Shown here: in pieces, positions 19,638 to 30,775 of the stretch
Layout of the letters: each line of letters begins with the position of its first letter
Numbering within the stretch: the stretch's first letter is position 1
Source: Sphingobacteriales bacterium
GTDB taxonomy: Bacteria; Bacteroidota; Bacteroidia; Chitinophagales; Chitinophagaceae
Direction: 5' to 3'
Assembly: GCA_027484425.1 (NCBI GenBank)
Contig: JAIXSZ010000020.1
Location: forward strand, 11,988-75,987
Length of the DNA stretch: 64,000 nt
Made by a program: the position numbers and the translations under genes
Notes under the pieces: generated by a model
The model's input: the letters and a program-made list of their open reading frames with translations, nothing else
The model's database searches: none
Told to the model about the DNA's origin: nothing

Positions 19638-20606
19638 ATGCGCGTTTTCACTTCTCTGTACATTCTGATATTGGTTTATATCATAGCAGCATTAGTGTTT
19701 TGGGAAATAAACTTACAAAAGCAGAGTGGTCGTATATATGCGCAAGAGGTGATAACGCTTAGGAATCAGGTAGATAGTGCCCGATTGCCGAACATATACA
19801 AGCATGAAATGGACATGCTGAACCAGAAACTGAAATCGAGAACGATGCAGTATGTGGGAGAGGGGGCTACGTTTCTGATAGTAATACTGATAGGAGCGGC
19901 GGTAGTATATGGGTCGTTTACACGCAGGATGATGGTATCTAAGCAGCAAAACAACTTTATGCTGGCAGTGACGCACGAGTTGAAATCGCCAGTGGCTGCT
20001 ATAAAGCTAAACCTACAAACACTAGAAAAACACCAACTGAATGAAGAAAAACGGAAGATGCTTATAGACCGATGCATTAGTGAGTCGAACAGGCTTAATG
20101 ATTTGTGTAACAATATGCTGTTTACATCGCAGATTGAGGGCCGACAGTACAAACCAGCTATGGAGACATTTAGCCTGTCTGCGTTGGCGGAGGAAATGGT
20201 AGCAGAGATAGCAATGCGGTACTCGAGGAGGTTTCAGGAGGAGATAGCTGCGGGATGCAAGGTGGTAGGAGATGGACCAATGCTGCGCATAGCCATCAGC
20301 AATCTGCTGGAGAATGCCATAAAATATACGCCAGCATCACAACCTATAACCATAACCCTTGCACACCAACCCCCAATGGTGATATTGAGCATAGCAGATG
20401 AAGGGCCTGGTATACCCGACAGTGAGAAAAGAAGGATATTTGAGAAGTTTTACCGAATAGGCAACGAGGATACCCGCAAAACTAAGGGTACCGGACTGGG
20501 ACTGTACCTGAGTAATAAAATAGTGGAACAACACAAAGGGCGCATCACTGTTACAGACAACACACCCTCTGGTTCTGTGTTTCACATTCAGCTACCACTA
20601 GCGTAA
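19638..20606 (+). CDS. Sensor histidine kinase (2 TM, HisKA + HATPase_c)
   Basis: H-box LAVTHELKSPVAAI, N-box LLENAIKYT, G-boxes DEGPGIP and GTGLGLYLS. Confidence 0.75.
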   Translation: MRVFTSLYILILVYIIAALVFWEINLQKQSGRIYAQEVITLRNQVDSARLPNIYKHEMDMLNQKLKSRTMQYVGEGATFLIVILIGAAVVYGSFTRRMMVSKQQNNFMLAVTHELKSPVAAIKLNLQTLEKHQLNEEKRKMLIDRCISESNRLNDLCNNMLFTSQIEGRQYKPAMETFSLSALAEEMVAEIAMRYSRRFQEEIAAGCKVVGDGPMLRIAISNLLENAIKYTPASQPITITLAHQPPMVILSIADEGPGIPDSEKRRIFEKFYRIGNEDTRKTKGTGLGLYLSNKIVEQHKGRITVTDNTPSGSVFHIQLPLA

Positions 20607-20852
20607 TGCTAGTGACGTATAAGCCTCACTATCATTATTACCACAGCTATAAGAAACATAAACAGAGAAATTCTGTTCATGCCATGCATAAACTTGATAT
20701 TCATGTTTCTAGGTTCGCTATCATCACGTTTGCGCAGGTAGAAGTATGTGAGTACCTGCTGCCAAATTCCTTGTTTCATCAATCACCTAATTTTTTAATG
20801 AAGTTACGAAAATAATCCCTCAAAGCTACTATATTTGCAGGCACAGTGAGCA

Positions 20853-21248
<396 letters not shown>

Positions 21249-21385
21249 ATCTCGACACTAAGAAGTGCTACAATACCTCATTCCCTTAGTTACCAAGATG
21301 GCACAAGAGTACGCAACCATAGATGAAAATACTATTGCAATGTTTGGCACAATAGTTGCTTTTGCATTATCTTAACAATTGACCT

Positions 21386-22174
21386 ATGAAAAAACGTTCT
21401 GGCCGTTTATTGGTAATACTGGCCACTACACTGCTGGCTATAGGGTGTAAGAAATCTAGCAGTCCTGCACCTAACCCGACTAGACCACCTGCGCCCACAA
21501 AAACACCAGCCCCTAAAGATCTGCCTACCAAACTACTGGAGGGTGGCTATTTGTGGCACAGAAATGCTGTAACCACTGGTGTAGATGGCAAGGACTCGAG
21601 CTATACCGAAACTACAGCAGACCGTATAGGTGTGATAAATGATACTGAAATACAAATGTGGAGTCAAATAGACTATAAATCTAGTATACAAAACAATTTT
21701 GAATATGTTAGTAGTAACGACTCGGAAGTAGTGTATGTGCAGAAAAAAGCAACATTGACCTACAAGAAAAAACGCAATCTGCTGGTTTGGGGGAGGGGTA
21801 GCTCACCTTACTATGGGGTGCCGGGCGCAACCAAAATATGGGGTGAAATAAATAAAAAACGTTTGGACTCTGAAAGGCACTGGCACTACAAATATGAACA
21901 CATGATGCTCCATTATAAAAGAGAAAATACGGATACGCTGGCTAATGCTGTAGTGCTATTTAAATTACTACTTGACGACAAATTGAATTTGAGTGGTGCA
22001 GACTCGACTGGGTCGATATACGAAGATTATATTTATAATCCTGGACCTAATGATTTGAATTTAACAACCAGACTAGAGTATAGGATAAGGGACAATAAAA
22101 TTGATTACTTCAACTATAACTATTACATGAGTGGGGGTTATGTAGTTGACATAAGGAAATACACTACTCTATAA
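21386..22174 (+). CDS. Hypothetical lipoprotein with Pro/Thr-rich linker (262 aa)
   Basis: MKKRSGRLLVILATTLLAIGCKK lipobox, then PAPNPTRPPAPTKTPAPK linker. Confidence 0.5.
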   Translation: MKKRSGRLLVILATTLLAIGCKKSSSPAPNPTRPPAPTKTPAPKDLPTKLLEGGYLWHRNAVTTGVDGKDSSYTETTADRIGVINDTEIQMWSQIDYKSSIQNNFEYVSSNDSEVVYVQKKATLTYKKKRNLLVWGRGSSPYYGVPGATKIWGEINKKRLDSERHWHYKYEHMMLHYKRENTDTLANAVVLFKLLLDDKLNLSGADSTGSIYEDYIYNPGPNDLNLTTRLEYRIRDNKIDYFNYNYYMSGGYVVDIRKYTTL

Positions 22175-22673
22175 CTTGTTGGGCAGTGAACAACATGCAG
22201 GTATGGAGCGCGCAAAAACCATAACAGACAAGCAGGAGAAAATGCGCATTCCCTATGGGGATATACAAAATGTCAAAATGATGTATAGTAAATGCTATCA
22301 GGGAGCGTGTATGTAGCTATTTGTCGCAAAAGTGGTAATAATTTGCGACACAAAAGGTCGAGTGAGGTCTGAAAATCATTCTAGAACATCACCTTATAGA
22401 TTCCAGTCTAATGAGTTGATTTAGCCAGTGCAGGTTGTGACAGATTAGAGACAACATATAATAGACACTGATTTGGCACCAAGGAAAGCGCCTCCCTGCC
22501 GGAAACGTACAAGTGTGCAAACGACGCTGATAGTAGTGCGGTGGCTTGTAGCCAAAAGACAGAAAGTGAACTACTGTAATGGGTAAGTTTTCCATATTTA
22601 TTTACGCTTATCTTTGCGCTGGCTGCAGTCAGCTGCCCTCTGTTGCAGAGGAGTGGTGAAACAGAATATACTT

Positions 22674-24167
22674 ATGTCGGAATTATATATATACAACTCT
22701 TATACGCGCCAGAAAGAGCGTTTTGAACCTATGACACCTGGCTATGCTGGGCTGTACGTATGTGGGCCTACGGTGTCGGGCGAGTCGCATTTGGGTCATG
22801 CACGACCCTACGTAACGTTTGACGTGGTGCAGCGTTATCTGCGCCACTTGGGTATGAAGGTGCGCTATGTGCGCAACATAACAGATGCTGGCCACTTTGA
22901 AGAAGAAGGAAGAGAAGCAATAGATAAGGTGGGTGAAAAAGCGAAGCTGGAGAAAATGGAACCAATGGAGATGGTACATAAGTACACTTCTATGTTTCAT
23001 AAAGGTATGCGCTTGTTTAACTGCGAGGAACCTGCTATCGAACCCACCGCTACGGGGCACATAGTGGAGCAGATAGACATGATAAAGGTGATAATGGACA
23101 AGGGGTTTGCGTATGAAGTAAATGGATCGGTATACTTTGATGTGAGTAAGTATGCTGCGGAATACCCATATGGTAAACTATCGGGCAGAGTGCTAGAAGA
23201 CCAACTGGAAACTACCCGCGAGCTGGACGGACAAGAAGAGAAGCGCAACAAAGCCGACTTTGCACTGTGGAAGAAAGCACCACCGCAACATATAATGCGA
23301 TGGAATAGCCCTTGGGGTGAGGGTTTTCCGGGATGGCACATAGAGTGCTCTGCGATGAGTAGTAAGTATCTGGGTGAGACCTTTGATATACATGGTGGTG
23401 GCATGGACCTCCAGTTTCCGCACCACGAGAGCGAAATCGCCCAAAGCCATATAGCACATGGCTGTATGCCTGTGCGCTACTGGATGCACAACAACATGAT
23501 AACCATCAATGGAAAGAAGATGGGAAAGAGCTATAACAATGTGATAAAACTATCGGAATTGTTTAGCGGTAATCATCCGTTGCTGGAGCAGCCCTACCAC
23601 CCGATGGTGGTGCGGTTTTATATATTGCAAACACATTATCGCAGTACGCTAGACTTCGGCAATGAAGCATTGCAAGCCAGCGAACGCGCACTGCGCCGAC
23701 TGTGGGAGGCATATGAAGTGCTGCAAAAACTGACACTCAATAATAATGGTGCTGCTGCAGATGCGGCACTAGATGCACAGGTGCGCAACTGGTGCGGCGA
23801 GTGTGCCGACTTTATGAATGATGACCTGAATACCGCAAAAGTAATAGCCAACCTGTTTGAGCTGGCACCGGTGATAAATGGCATAAAAGGTGGACAAATA
23901 GCTACTAATGCTCTAAGCGGTGAAACAATGCAACTGCTGCAAACCACCTGGAAAACCTACATGGAGGATATTCTAGGCCTTCAAGCACTGCAAGTACAAC
24001 AGACTGATAAACTGGATAAGGTCCTGACATTACTAATAGAAATAAGGAAAGACGCTAAGAAGCGCAAAGACTTTGCCACAAGCGACCAGATACGCAATCG
24101 CCTGGCAGAAGCAGGGGTGGTGCTGAAGGATGAGAAAAACGGAGATGTGAGTTACACGATAGAATAG
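22674..24167 (+). CDS. cysS: Cysteinyl-tRNA synthetase
   Basis: HIGH-type motif ([16 protein letters not shown]) and KMGKS motif (KMGKSYNN). The track ORF opens at 22614 (TTG); the ATG giving [19 protein letters not shown] at about 22674 is preferred. Confidence 0.85.
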   Translation: MSELYIYNSYTRQKERFEPMTPGYAGLYVCGPTVSGESHLGHARPYVTFDVVQRYLRHLGMKVRYVRNITDAGHFEEEGREAIDKVGEKAKLEKMEPMEMVHKYTSMFHKGMRLFNCEEPAIEPTATGHIVEQIDMIKVIMDKGFAYEVNGSVYFDVSKYAAEYPYGKLSGRVLEDQLETTRELDGQEEKRNKADFALWKKAPPQHIMRWNSPWGEGFPGWHIECSAMSSKYLGETFDIHGGGMDLQFPHHESEIAQSHIAHGCMPVRYWMHNNMITINGKKMGKSYNNVIKLSELFSGNHPLLEQPYHPMVVRFYILQTHYRSTLDFGNEALQASERALRRLWEAYEVLQKLTLNNNGAAADAALDAQVRNWCGECADFMNDDLNTAKVIANLFELAPVINGIKGGQIATNALSGETMQLLQTTWKTYMEDILGLQALQVQQTDKLDKVLTLLIEIRKDAKKRKDFATSDQIRNRLAEAGVVLKDEKNGDVSYTIE

Positions 24168-24199
24168 CTGTAAATATCAATTATAAACGACTGTATGCA

Positions 24200-24226
24200 A
24201 GGGCTGCCGCTAACATGGCAGCCCTT
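24200..24226 (+). terminator. Rho-independent terminator-like hairpin after cysS
   Basis: GGGCTGCCGCTAACATGGCAGCCC stem-loop followed by a T-rich tract. Confidence 0.45.
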
Positions 24227-24542
24227 TCTGTGTGTGGCAGTGTATGTGATGAACGAGGATGTGAACTACGTGAAACAACGTAGAAAAATACTGTAAATGG
24301 TGTAGGGACAGGCGGGATGTGAGGGGTAGTTTTGCTGTGTAATAAGAACAGATATACTATGTGCCTGAAACGCTACCCAATAATGGCAGCTCCACTGCTG
24401 GCAGGCATAGCCAATAAAGCACTGGCGCAATAGCATAGTGGTAGAACAACTAATGATACTGAGGTAATTACTTATCACTATCAAACCCGAAAGATGGCTA
24501 CCTGGAAAATGGTGGCCATCTTTAGTAATAACGGTTATGGGT

Positions 24543-25175
24543 TTATGTGTCTAGTAGTTTGTTTTTGAAGGCAAAACTAATGAGCTCAGCGGTGTTTCGT
24601 AGCCCCAATTTTTGTAGTATGTTGTTACGGTGCGTATCGGCAGTGCGGGGGCTGATGCTCATTTTTTCCCCTATCTGGGCACTGCCCAGCCCATCGGCAA
24701 GGAGGGCTATGATTTCTATTTCTCTTCGGCTGAGAAGATTTACGCGATTGTCGGTCTGCGGTTGTGTTGCTAGCAAGTGGGTAGTAAGATCTGAAGAGAA
24801 ATACTTGCCCCCATCGCAGACCCGTTTTATTGCGGTTTTAAATTCTTCTTTATCGCTGGATTTTATGAGGTATCCTTCTGCCCCATCTTGCATTACCTGA
24901 CTTACCATGTACTTTTCGTAGTGCATAGATAGTATGATGACCCGCACCTGGGGGTGTCTTTTTTTTAGTTCTTTAAGTGCCTCTAGGCCGTTCATTACCG
25001 GCATGTTAATGTCTAGCAATACGAGGTTGGGCTGGTGGCTATTCATGAGTTGCAGCAGCTCGCGTCCGTTGCCCGCGGTAGCTATGAGCTCGGTATCTTC
25101 TATTTCGTTGATTATGTGTACCAAGCCCTCGGCAAAGAGCTTGTGGTCATCGGCTATGATAATTTTTAATTTCAT
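24543..25175 (-). CDS. Response regulator, NarL/FixJ (LuxR HTH) family
   Basis: REC domain (IIIADDH...LLDINMP...) plus a C-terminal LuxR HTH (LSRREIEIIALLADGLGSAQIGEKMSISPRTADTHRNNILQKLGL). It overlaps the upstream kinase gene by 4 bp. Confidence 0.8.
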   Translation of the reverse strand: MKLKIIIADDHKLFAEGLVHIINEIEDTELIATAGNGRELLQLMNSHQPNLVLLDINMPVMNGLEALKELKKRHPQVRVIILSMHYEKYMVSQVMQDGAEGYLIKSSDKEEFKTAIKRVCDGGKYFSSDLTTHLLATQPQTDNRVNLLSRREIEIIALLADGLGSAQIGEKMSISPRTADTHRNNILQKLGLRNTAELISFAFKNKLLDT

Positions 25176-27094
25176 GAGGCAAGGGGGATTTTAATAACAG
25201 TTCTCAATCCTGACTCTGTACTTTTTTCCATGGTCAGTTCTCCATTCACTTGTTGTACCCGGGTACGAATATTGAGTAGTCCCATACCGGCACGTTTGGT
25301 GGCATCGCTTATACCTTTTCCGTCGTCTTCTACTACCAGCACCAGGTTATTTCGTAGGTTGTACAGTTGCATATTTACGTTGGTGGCACCGCTGTGTTTT
25401 AACGCATTGGACAAGAGCTCCTGCGCCACACGGTATAGGGTTAGTTTCAGTTGTTCATTGTTGGGCACAATAGCCCCTAGGTCTTCGAAAACGGCAGCAA
25501 TGGAGGTGTGTGCAAAGGTATGCCTCACGAGCTCAGACAGCGCAGGGGCGAGCCCATACTGCTGTAGAGTGACGGGCAACATTTGGTAAGATATATTGCG
25601 TACTTCTGTGGTTACATTGTCGAGCATGGTGAGTGCGGTAGTAATGATGCCAGTGGGCTGCTGCAAACCTATGCGCACAGCACCCAATTGCTGGCAAACA
25701 CTATCGTGCAGCTCGCGTGCTATACGTTCGCGTTCGTACTCCTGTGCTTGTATAACGGCAGCTATACCTTCTTTCTGTTGTGCTTCTTTTTCTTGTGCCA
25801 AGCGAAGTTTCTGGCGCACCTTCATGCGGCTGATGGTGATGTAGAACACCACTCCTACACCTATTATGGCTATAGCTAATAGCGCTATGAGGTAGCGACT
25901 CTTAGCTATGGAAGCCTCGTTGGCATTGATGGTCAGTTGGCGTATTTCGTTTTGCTGTTGCAGTGCTTTTATTTGTTTCTCTTTTATTTCATTTTTATAC
26001 TTGGCCTCCATAGCTGCTATAGCATCTGCTGTGTTTTTGTTGTACATAGAGTCTTTGAGCACTAATGCATCAACCAAATTTTCGGCAGCTAGTGCGCCAT
26101 TGCCGGTTAGTGCGTAAGCCTCTGCCAGTACCTTGTGTGCCTTGCTGCGGTAGTCGAAACTTTGCAGTTCTGTGCTGAGTTTGAGGCTCTGGAGTGCATA
26201 GGGTATGGCCTCTTTATGTCTGCCCAGCTCATTGAGCAGGCTGGCTATGGCACAAGTGTTGATGGCCAGAGGGTCGGGTTCGTCTTTGTCTTTGAGTAGG
26301 TTGTACGCCTTGGTCATGTACAGCAAAGAGAGTGCATATTGTTTGTGTTCCTGATAATAGGTACCCAGATTGCCGTATACAAACCCGAGGTTGTATTCAT
26401 CTTTTGCGGCTTCGGATATTTTGATGGCGGTGGTGTAATAAATGAATGCTATAGAATCCTGACCGTCGTCGTCGTAGGCAATAGCCAGTGAGTTGTACCA
26501 TCTTGCTAGTTTTTCTTCGGGCTCGTGCATTAGCTTTTTGACCCTGATGCACTCGGTAATATTTTCTATAGCTTTTTTGTTTTGTTTTAGGTTGTTATAA
26601 ATCAAGCCTATGTTGCCCAGTGAAGAAGCGACGGCGGCGGTATCGTTCATCTGTTGTCTGTAACTCATCGCTTTAAGGTGGCTGCTGAGTGCATCCTCCA
26701 TCCTACCCATTTTGGTGTAAATAAGTGCCTTATTATTGTGAATGTTGGCAACCCCTTTTTTAAACCCGCACCTAATAGATATAGCCATTGCACTATCGTA
26801 GCACTGAAAAGCACTATCGAACTTGCCGAGGTCGTCGTAGATGGTACCGAAAGAGGCGTAACAAATAGATATCCTTTTAGGGTTGTTGATAGATCGGGCT
26901 ACTTTGAGGAGCGTATCGTTGAGTCTAAGGGCGTGTTGTGGGTCATCGTATTTTAGGGTTCTTATGCGGGCTATTTGCTGGTCTATATAAGCGGTATCAT
27001 GCTGCTGTGCTACGGCATATGATACAAAACAAGTAATTGACAGCAGCAATAAAGTGCATTGTAAAAAGAAACTGCGTAAAGTATGTGTGCTCAT
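25172..27094 (-). CDS. TPR-repeat sensor histidine kinase (HisKA_3 + HATPase_c)
   Basis: Signal peptide (MSTHTLRSFFLQCTLLLLSITCFVSYAVAQ), multiple TPR units, a TM helix, then ELHDSVCQQL (H-box) and GKGI...GMGLLNI G-boxes. The track extends the ORF to 27178; the ATG at 27094 is preferred. Confidence 0.75.
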   Translation of the reverse strand: MSTHTLRSFFLQCTLLLLSITCFVSYAVAQQHDTAYIDQQIARIRTLKYDDPQHALRLNDTLLKVARSINNPKRISICYASFGTIYDDLGKFDSAFQCYDSAMAISIRCGFKKGVANIHNNKALIYTKMGRMEDALSSHLKAMSYRQQMNDTAAVASSLGNIGLIYNNLKQNKKAIENITECIRVKKLMHEPEEKLARWYNSLAIAYDDDGQDSIAFIYYTTAIKISEAAKDEYNLGFVYGNLGTYYQEHKQYALSLLYMTKAYNLLKDKDEPDPLAINTCAIASLLNELGRHKEAIPYALQSLKLSTELQSFDYRSKAHKVLAEAYALTGNGALAAENLVDALVLKDSMYNKNTADAIAAMEAKYKNEIKEKQIKALQQQNEIRQLTINANEASIAKSRYLIALLAIAIIGVGVVFYITISRMKVRQKLRLAQEKEAQQKEGIAAVIQAQEYERERIARELHDSVCQQLGAVRIGLQQPTGIITTALTMLDNVTTEVRNISYQMLPVTLQQYGLAPALSELVRHTFAHTSIAAVFEDLGAIVPNNEQLKLTLYRVAQELLSNALKHSGATNVNMQLYNLRNNLVLVVEDDGKGISDATKRAGMGLLNIRTRVQQVNGELTMEKSTESGLRTVIKIPLAS

Positions 27095-27364
27095 AGATGA
27101 TAAATGTGGTGCGAAAAAACGCTCTGTGTCACTAAAATAAAGAAAATAATGCAAGGAGTAACGAATAGACAAAACCAATCATATTATTATTGGCCACATA
27201 ACAGACATGCTCAACACCAGAAACAAAAAAGCTCGAAAATTATCTTTACAAAAATTTTTTTGCTAGTAAATTGTTGTTTTTTTGTTCATATTGTTTTTAA
27301 CCGATAACTTTAGCGTGCAAAATATCCCTTTTGCAAAACTTTAAAATTAATTAAAACCAAAAAA

Positions 27365-29308
27365 ATGAAAAAAAGTTTACTATCAGTCGCTGCCTTTCTG
27401 GCTTTGGGTTTGACCAGTAATGCACAGTGGACAGAAAATTTCGAGACAACTACTGGCACATCACTGCCTACTGGCTGGTCACAGACAGTAGCAACTGGTG
27501 CAGTAATCAGTGACTCTGTGGGGTGGAATTCAGGTACCAATACAACTTTGGGTACTGCTGATTTTCCAATGTTTCCGCATACAAGATATGTGGCAGTAAA
27601 TGATGATAGAAGAGCAGGAGCAAACAACACCAGCTCATTTCTGATTTCTCCAACATTTAGCTTGGCAGCTGGTAACTGGTGGTTGAAATTTGATTGTTCT
27701 TATTTGGGTAGAACTTATAGTGGAGCTACAGAGTCAGCTAAAGTAGAAATATCTACAGATGGTGGTACAACATGGACTGTGGTATCTACACTTACTGGTA
27801 ATGCAAGCTTGTGGTGGGAGATGCGTCACATAAACCTTTCTGCTTATGCTGGTATGTCTAACCTTAAATTAGGTTTCAGATATAATGATGGCGGTGGATG
27901 GTTGTATGGCTGGGGAATAGATGATGTTGAGGTTTTCTCGCCAGCATCTAACGACATAGCTCTTTTGGCTATTGCGCCAGCTACTGGTACTCCTAATTCT
28001 TATGGTTTAGGTGGTGCGAACATATCTGTACTAGGTCAAGTGTTTAATAATGGTGGTACTACTATCACTTCATTCAACGCTAAGTATATATTCAACGGTG
28101 GTGCTGTAGTAACTAACGCAGTAACTGGTGTGAGCATAGCTCCGTTCACTACTGGTACATTCACTGCAACTACTCCTGTTACTCTTCCTGCAGCGGTTGG
28201 TCCTTACCAATTGCAGGTATGGGCTGAGCTGGCTGGCGATGCTAACTCTGCAAACGACACTGCAGACCTAGATACACTTAACACTGTAGGATTTATGCCT
28301 ACAAAAGTACTTGCAGTTGAAGAAGGAACTGGTACATGGTGCCAGTGGTGTCCACGTGGTATCGTGTTTATGGATTCTCTGCATACTTTGTATGGTAACG
28401 GTGTGAGCTTAGTGGCGGTACACAACAACGACCCTATGGAAGTAACTGCATATGATGCATGGATGGGTACACAAATTGGTGGTTATCCTTCTGCTGTTGT
28501 AGATCGTCGTTATGAAGTAGACCCAGGAAACTTGTTGACTGCATACACACAATACAGCGATGATTTCGCTTTCGCATCAGTTACTGCAGTTCCAACACTT
28601 ACTGGTACTAGCCTTTCTGTAGCTGTAACTGTAAAACCAGCTCTCAACCTGAACGGTGCAAAATTAGCTTTGGTAATGACTGAAGATGACCTGAAAGGAA
28701 CTGCTAGCGGATGGAACCAAGCAAACGCTTATAGCGGATCAACTACCAACATCCTTACAGGTGGTGGTGTCAACTACAATGCACTTCCTAACCCAATACC
28801 TGCAGCACAAATGAACTACGACTTCGTTGCTCGTTCTATAGACCCATCTGCTACTGGCGGTGCTGGTTTGTTGCCTGCTAGTATGGTGTACAACACAGAT
28901 TACACTTATACATTCAACAAAACACTAGATGCTGCTTGGGTTGCAAACAAATTACATGGTGTTGTGTTGTTGTTGGACGGTACTACAGGTGCAGTACTTA
29001 ACAGTGCAAACTTTGCTGCTGTAGTAGGTGTATCTGACATCAATGCAGGTGTAGAAAACTTTGTTGTGGCTCCAAACCCAGCTTCTACTCAGGCTAATGT
29101 GATCTTTGATCTTCAGAACAGCGGTAATGTATCAATATCTGTTTATGACATGGTGGGCAGAGCAGTATATACTGTTCCTTCTTCTTTCATGAACGCAGGT
29201 ACTAGCCGTATATCATTGCCTTTGGATAATTTCTCGACTGGTCTTTACAATGTAAAAGTTCAAACTGAGAATGGTACAATCACTGGCAAATTCAACGTGG
29301 TAAAATAA
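27365..29308 (+). CDS. Secreted protein with choice-of-anchor-J-like N-terminal domain and T9SS type-A CTD (647 aa)
   Basis: Signal peptide MKKSLLSVAAFLALGLTSNAQ. WTENFETTTGTSLPTGWSQ motif. Internal CxxC (GTWCQWCPRG). C-terminal Por sorting domain (VAPNPASTQANVIFDL...GLYNVKVQTENGTITGKFNVVK). Confidence 0.7.
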   Translation: MKKSLLSVAAFLALGLTSNAQWTENFETTTGTSLPTGWSQTVATGAVISDSVGWNSGTNTTLGTADFPMFPHTRYVAVNDDRRAGANNTSSFLISPTFSLAAGNWWLKFDCSYLGRTYSGATESAKVEISTDGGTTWTVVSTLTGNASLWWEMRHINLSAYAGMSNLKLGFRYNDGGGWLYGWGIDDVEVFSPASNDIALLAIAPATGTPNSYGLGGANISVLGQVFNNGGTTITSFNAKYIFNGGAVVTNAVTGVSIAPFTTGTFTATTPVTLPAAVGPYQLQVWAELAGDANSANDTADLDTLNTVGFMPTKVLAVEEGTGTWCQWCPRGIVFMDSLHTLYGNGVSLVAVHNNDPMEVTAYDAWMGTQIGGYPSAVVDRRYEVDPGNLLTAYTQYSDDFAFASVTAVPTLTGTSLSVAVTVKPALNLNGAKLALVMTEDDLKGTASGWNQANAYSGSTTNILTGGGVNYNALPNPIPAAQMNYDFVARSIDPSATGGAGLLPASMVYNTDYTYTFNKTLDAAWVANKLHGVVLLLDGTTGAVLNSANFAAVVGVSDINAGVENFVVAPNPASTQANVIFDLQNSGNVSISVYDMVGRAVYTVPSSFMNAGTSRISLPLDNFSTGLYNVKVQTENGTITGKFNVVK

Positions 29309-29331
29309 TCACATCGACTACTAGTTTTTTC

Positions 29332-29374
29332 GCAACGGCTGCTTCTAATAAAGAAGCAGCCGTTGCGTTTTTTA
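29332..29374 (+). terminator. Rho-independent terminator
   Basis: GCAACGGCTGCTTC-TAATAAA-GAAGCAGCCGTTGC hairpin followed by GTTTTTTA. Confidence 0.7.
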
Positions 29375-29589
29375 TTTAGTCTTGTGTGGTAAACCACTTC
29401 ACTCACAATTACGAATGTGTATAACTGCTGGCAAAAATGTGAGTAACTATTGCCCGCAAAAACAGGCGAAAGAACGAAATGAACAGTGTTTTATTGCAGA
29501 AACCGGCTAAAATCTTATAAAATCCTTAAAATGAGGGCGGATATTTTTGTAATGACATAAATTTTCAATAATTTGCAGGGATAAATTGA

Positions 29590-30318
29590 ATGGTTATGAA
29601 AAAGTTTATTACACTACTATCACTTGCTGGTGCGTTACTAACCGCAGGTTCTACTTATGCTCAATCTATCGATGTTCAGCATGATACAGTTACTGTTTCA
29701 GGTGCTGGATTTTATGATGCATATAATTACATTATCAACACTACTACATCGCCTATAACAATTGAGTGGAAAGTTATATCAACCAACTTTCCTAGTGACT
29801 GGATAGGTAACACTGGTATATGTGACAATAAAACTTGTATATCTGGAGGTGGTTTGTGGCCTACCACTACCTATGAAACAGACCCCTATGCTGGTTCTAT
29901 AACCAACGGTATGTTCAAAATGCAGATAGATTTGGCTACTGCCTCTGGCACTACAACTACAGGCACACATTACATGCGCGTACGCCTCAACAATAAATTT
30001 GCGCCAAGTGATACTGCAATCCAAACTTACATAGTAACGAAAACCACAACTTCTGTAAAAGTTGTGAAATCTACAGGAGATATAACTATGTATCCTAACC
30101 CCGCAACTAGTGCCTTAAACGTAGTGTTTGATGCTAATGCGGATATTAAGAACATAGCGGTTTACAACATCATAGGCAAACAAGTAAATATGTTCAGAGT
30201 AAGTGGTGCTACTAGTGCTAGCCTGAACGTAGAGAACCTTTCAGATGGTATCTACTTCGTAAGATTGATGAACTCAAACGGCGAAGTTGTGGCTACACGC
30301 AAGTTTACAAAACAGTAG
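29590..30318 (+). CDS. Small secreted protein with T9SS type-A C-terminal sorting domain (242 aa)
   Basis: Signal peptide MKKFITLLSLAGALLTAGSTYAQ. C-terminus MYPNPATSALNVVFDA...GIYFVRLMNSNGEVVATRKFTKQ. Confidence 0.7.
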   Translation: MVMKKFITLLSLAGALLTAGSTYAQSIDVQHDTVTVSGAGFYDAYNYIINTTTSPITIEWKVISTNFPSDWIGNTGICDNKTCISGGGLWPTTTYETDPYAGSITNGMFKMQIDLATASGTTTTGTHYMRVRLNNKFAPSDTAIQTYIVTKTTTSVKVVKSTGDITMYPNPATSALNVVFDANADIKNIAVYNIIGKQVNMFRVSGATSASLNVENLSDGIYFVRLMNSNGEVVATRKFTKQ

Positions 30319-30341
30319 TTTTTTAACTCACTATATGGTTA

Positions 30342-30369
30342 GGGCAGTCTTTGCAGACTGCCCTTTTTT
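30342..30369 (+). terminator. Rho-independent terminator
   Basis: GGGCAGTCT-TTGC-AGACTGCCC hairpin followed by TTTTTT. Confidence 0.7.
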
Positions 30370-30775
30370 GTGCGTAAAAATAGCCAGGCGTTACTATTTA
30401 TCTTATGGCTTTTGCCAGCCACTAACTAGCTTTAGAAACAGACTATCATAATAATCAAACATTGCAGGATTAAAAGGCCTATGGGCAATAAAAACCACGA
30501 ACGAATAACTATCATTGCTGGCCAGCAAGTACATATTTGTCTGCCTCCCTGCTTTTTGGGGTTTTGTTGCTCTTTGTTCGGAACATTCCACCTTACTGCT
30601 TTGTGTGGCAGCCCTTCGGCCATGACTAACGCCAAGGAAAAGTCAGTTGCGCCCCCATCGCACAGCAAAGATGTTGGAGTAATGATACTAGCTGGATAAA
30701 CAGCGGCATGCGGACTGTAACAGGTAAAACTAATAATGGGGAATGGAACTTGATACTGGCGAAGGTAGAAGGCAT

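Noticed and set aside
22389-22595. ORF 22389..22595 (68 aa, minus) upstream of cysS
   Set aside because: No start context or recognisable features. It lies in the structured cysS leader and is probably non-coding.
22683-23947. Several 80-135-aa antisense ORFs inside cysS
   Set aside because: They overlap a highly conserved aminoacyl-tRNA synthetase gene on the opposite strand and have Pro/Ser/Arg-rich low-complexity products.
30370-30775. Specific identification as RNase P RNA or tmRNA
   Set aside because: Only short partial matches to conserved RNase P motifs were found, and they fall on conflicting strands. No tmRNA tag-ORF or 3' tRNA-like end was found, so the identity is left open.
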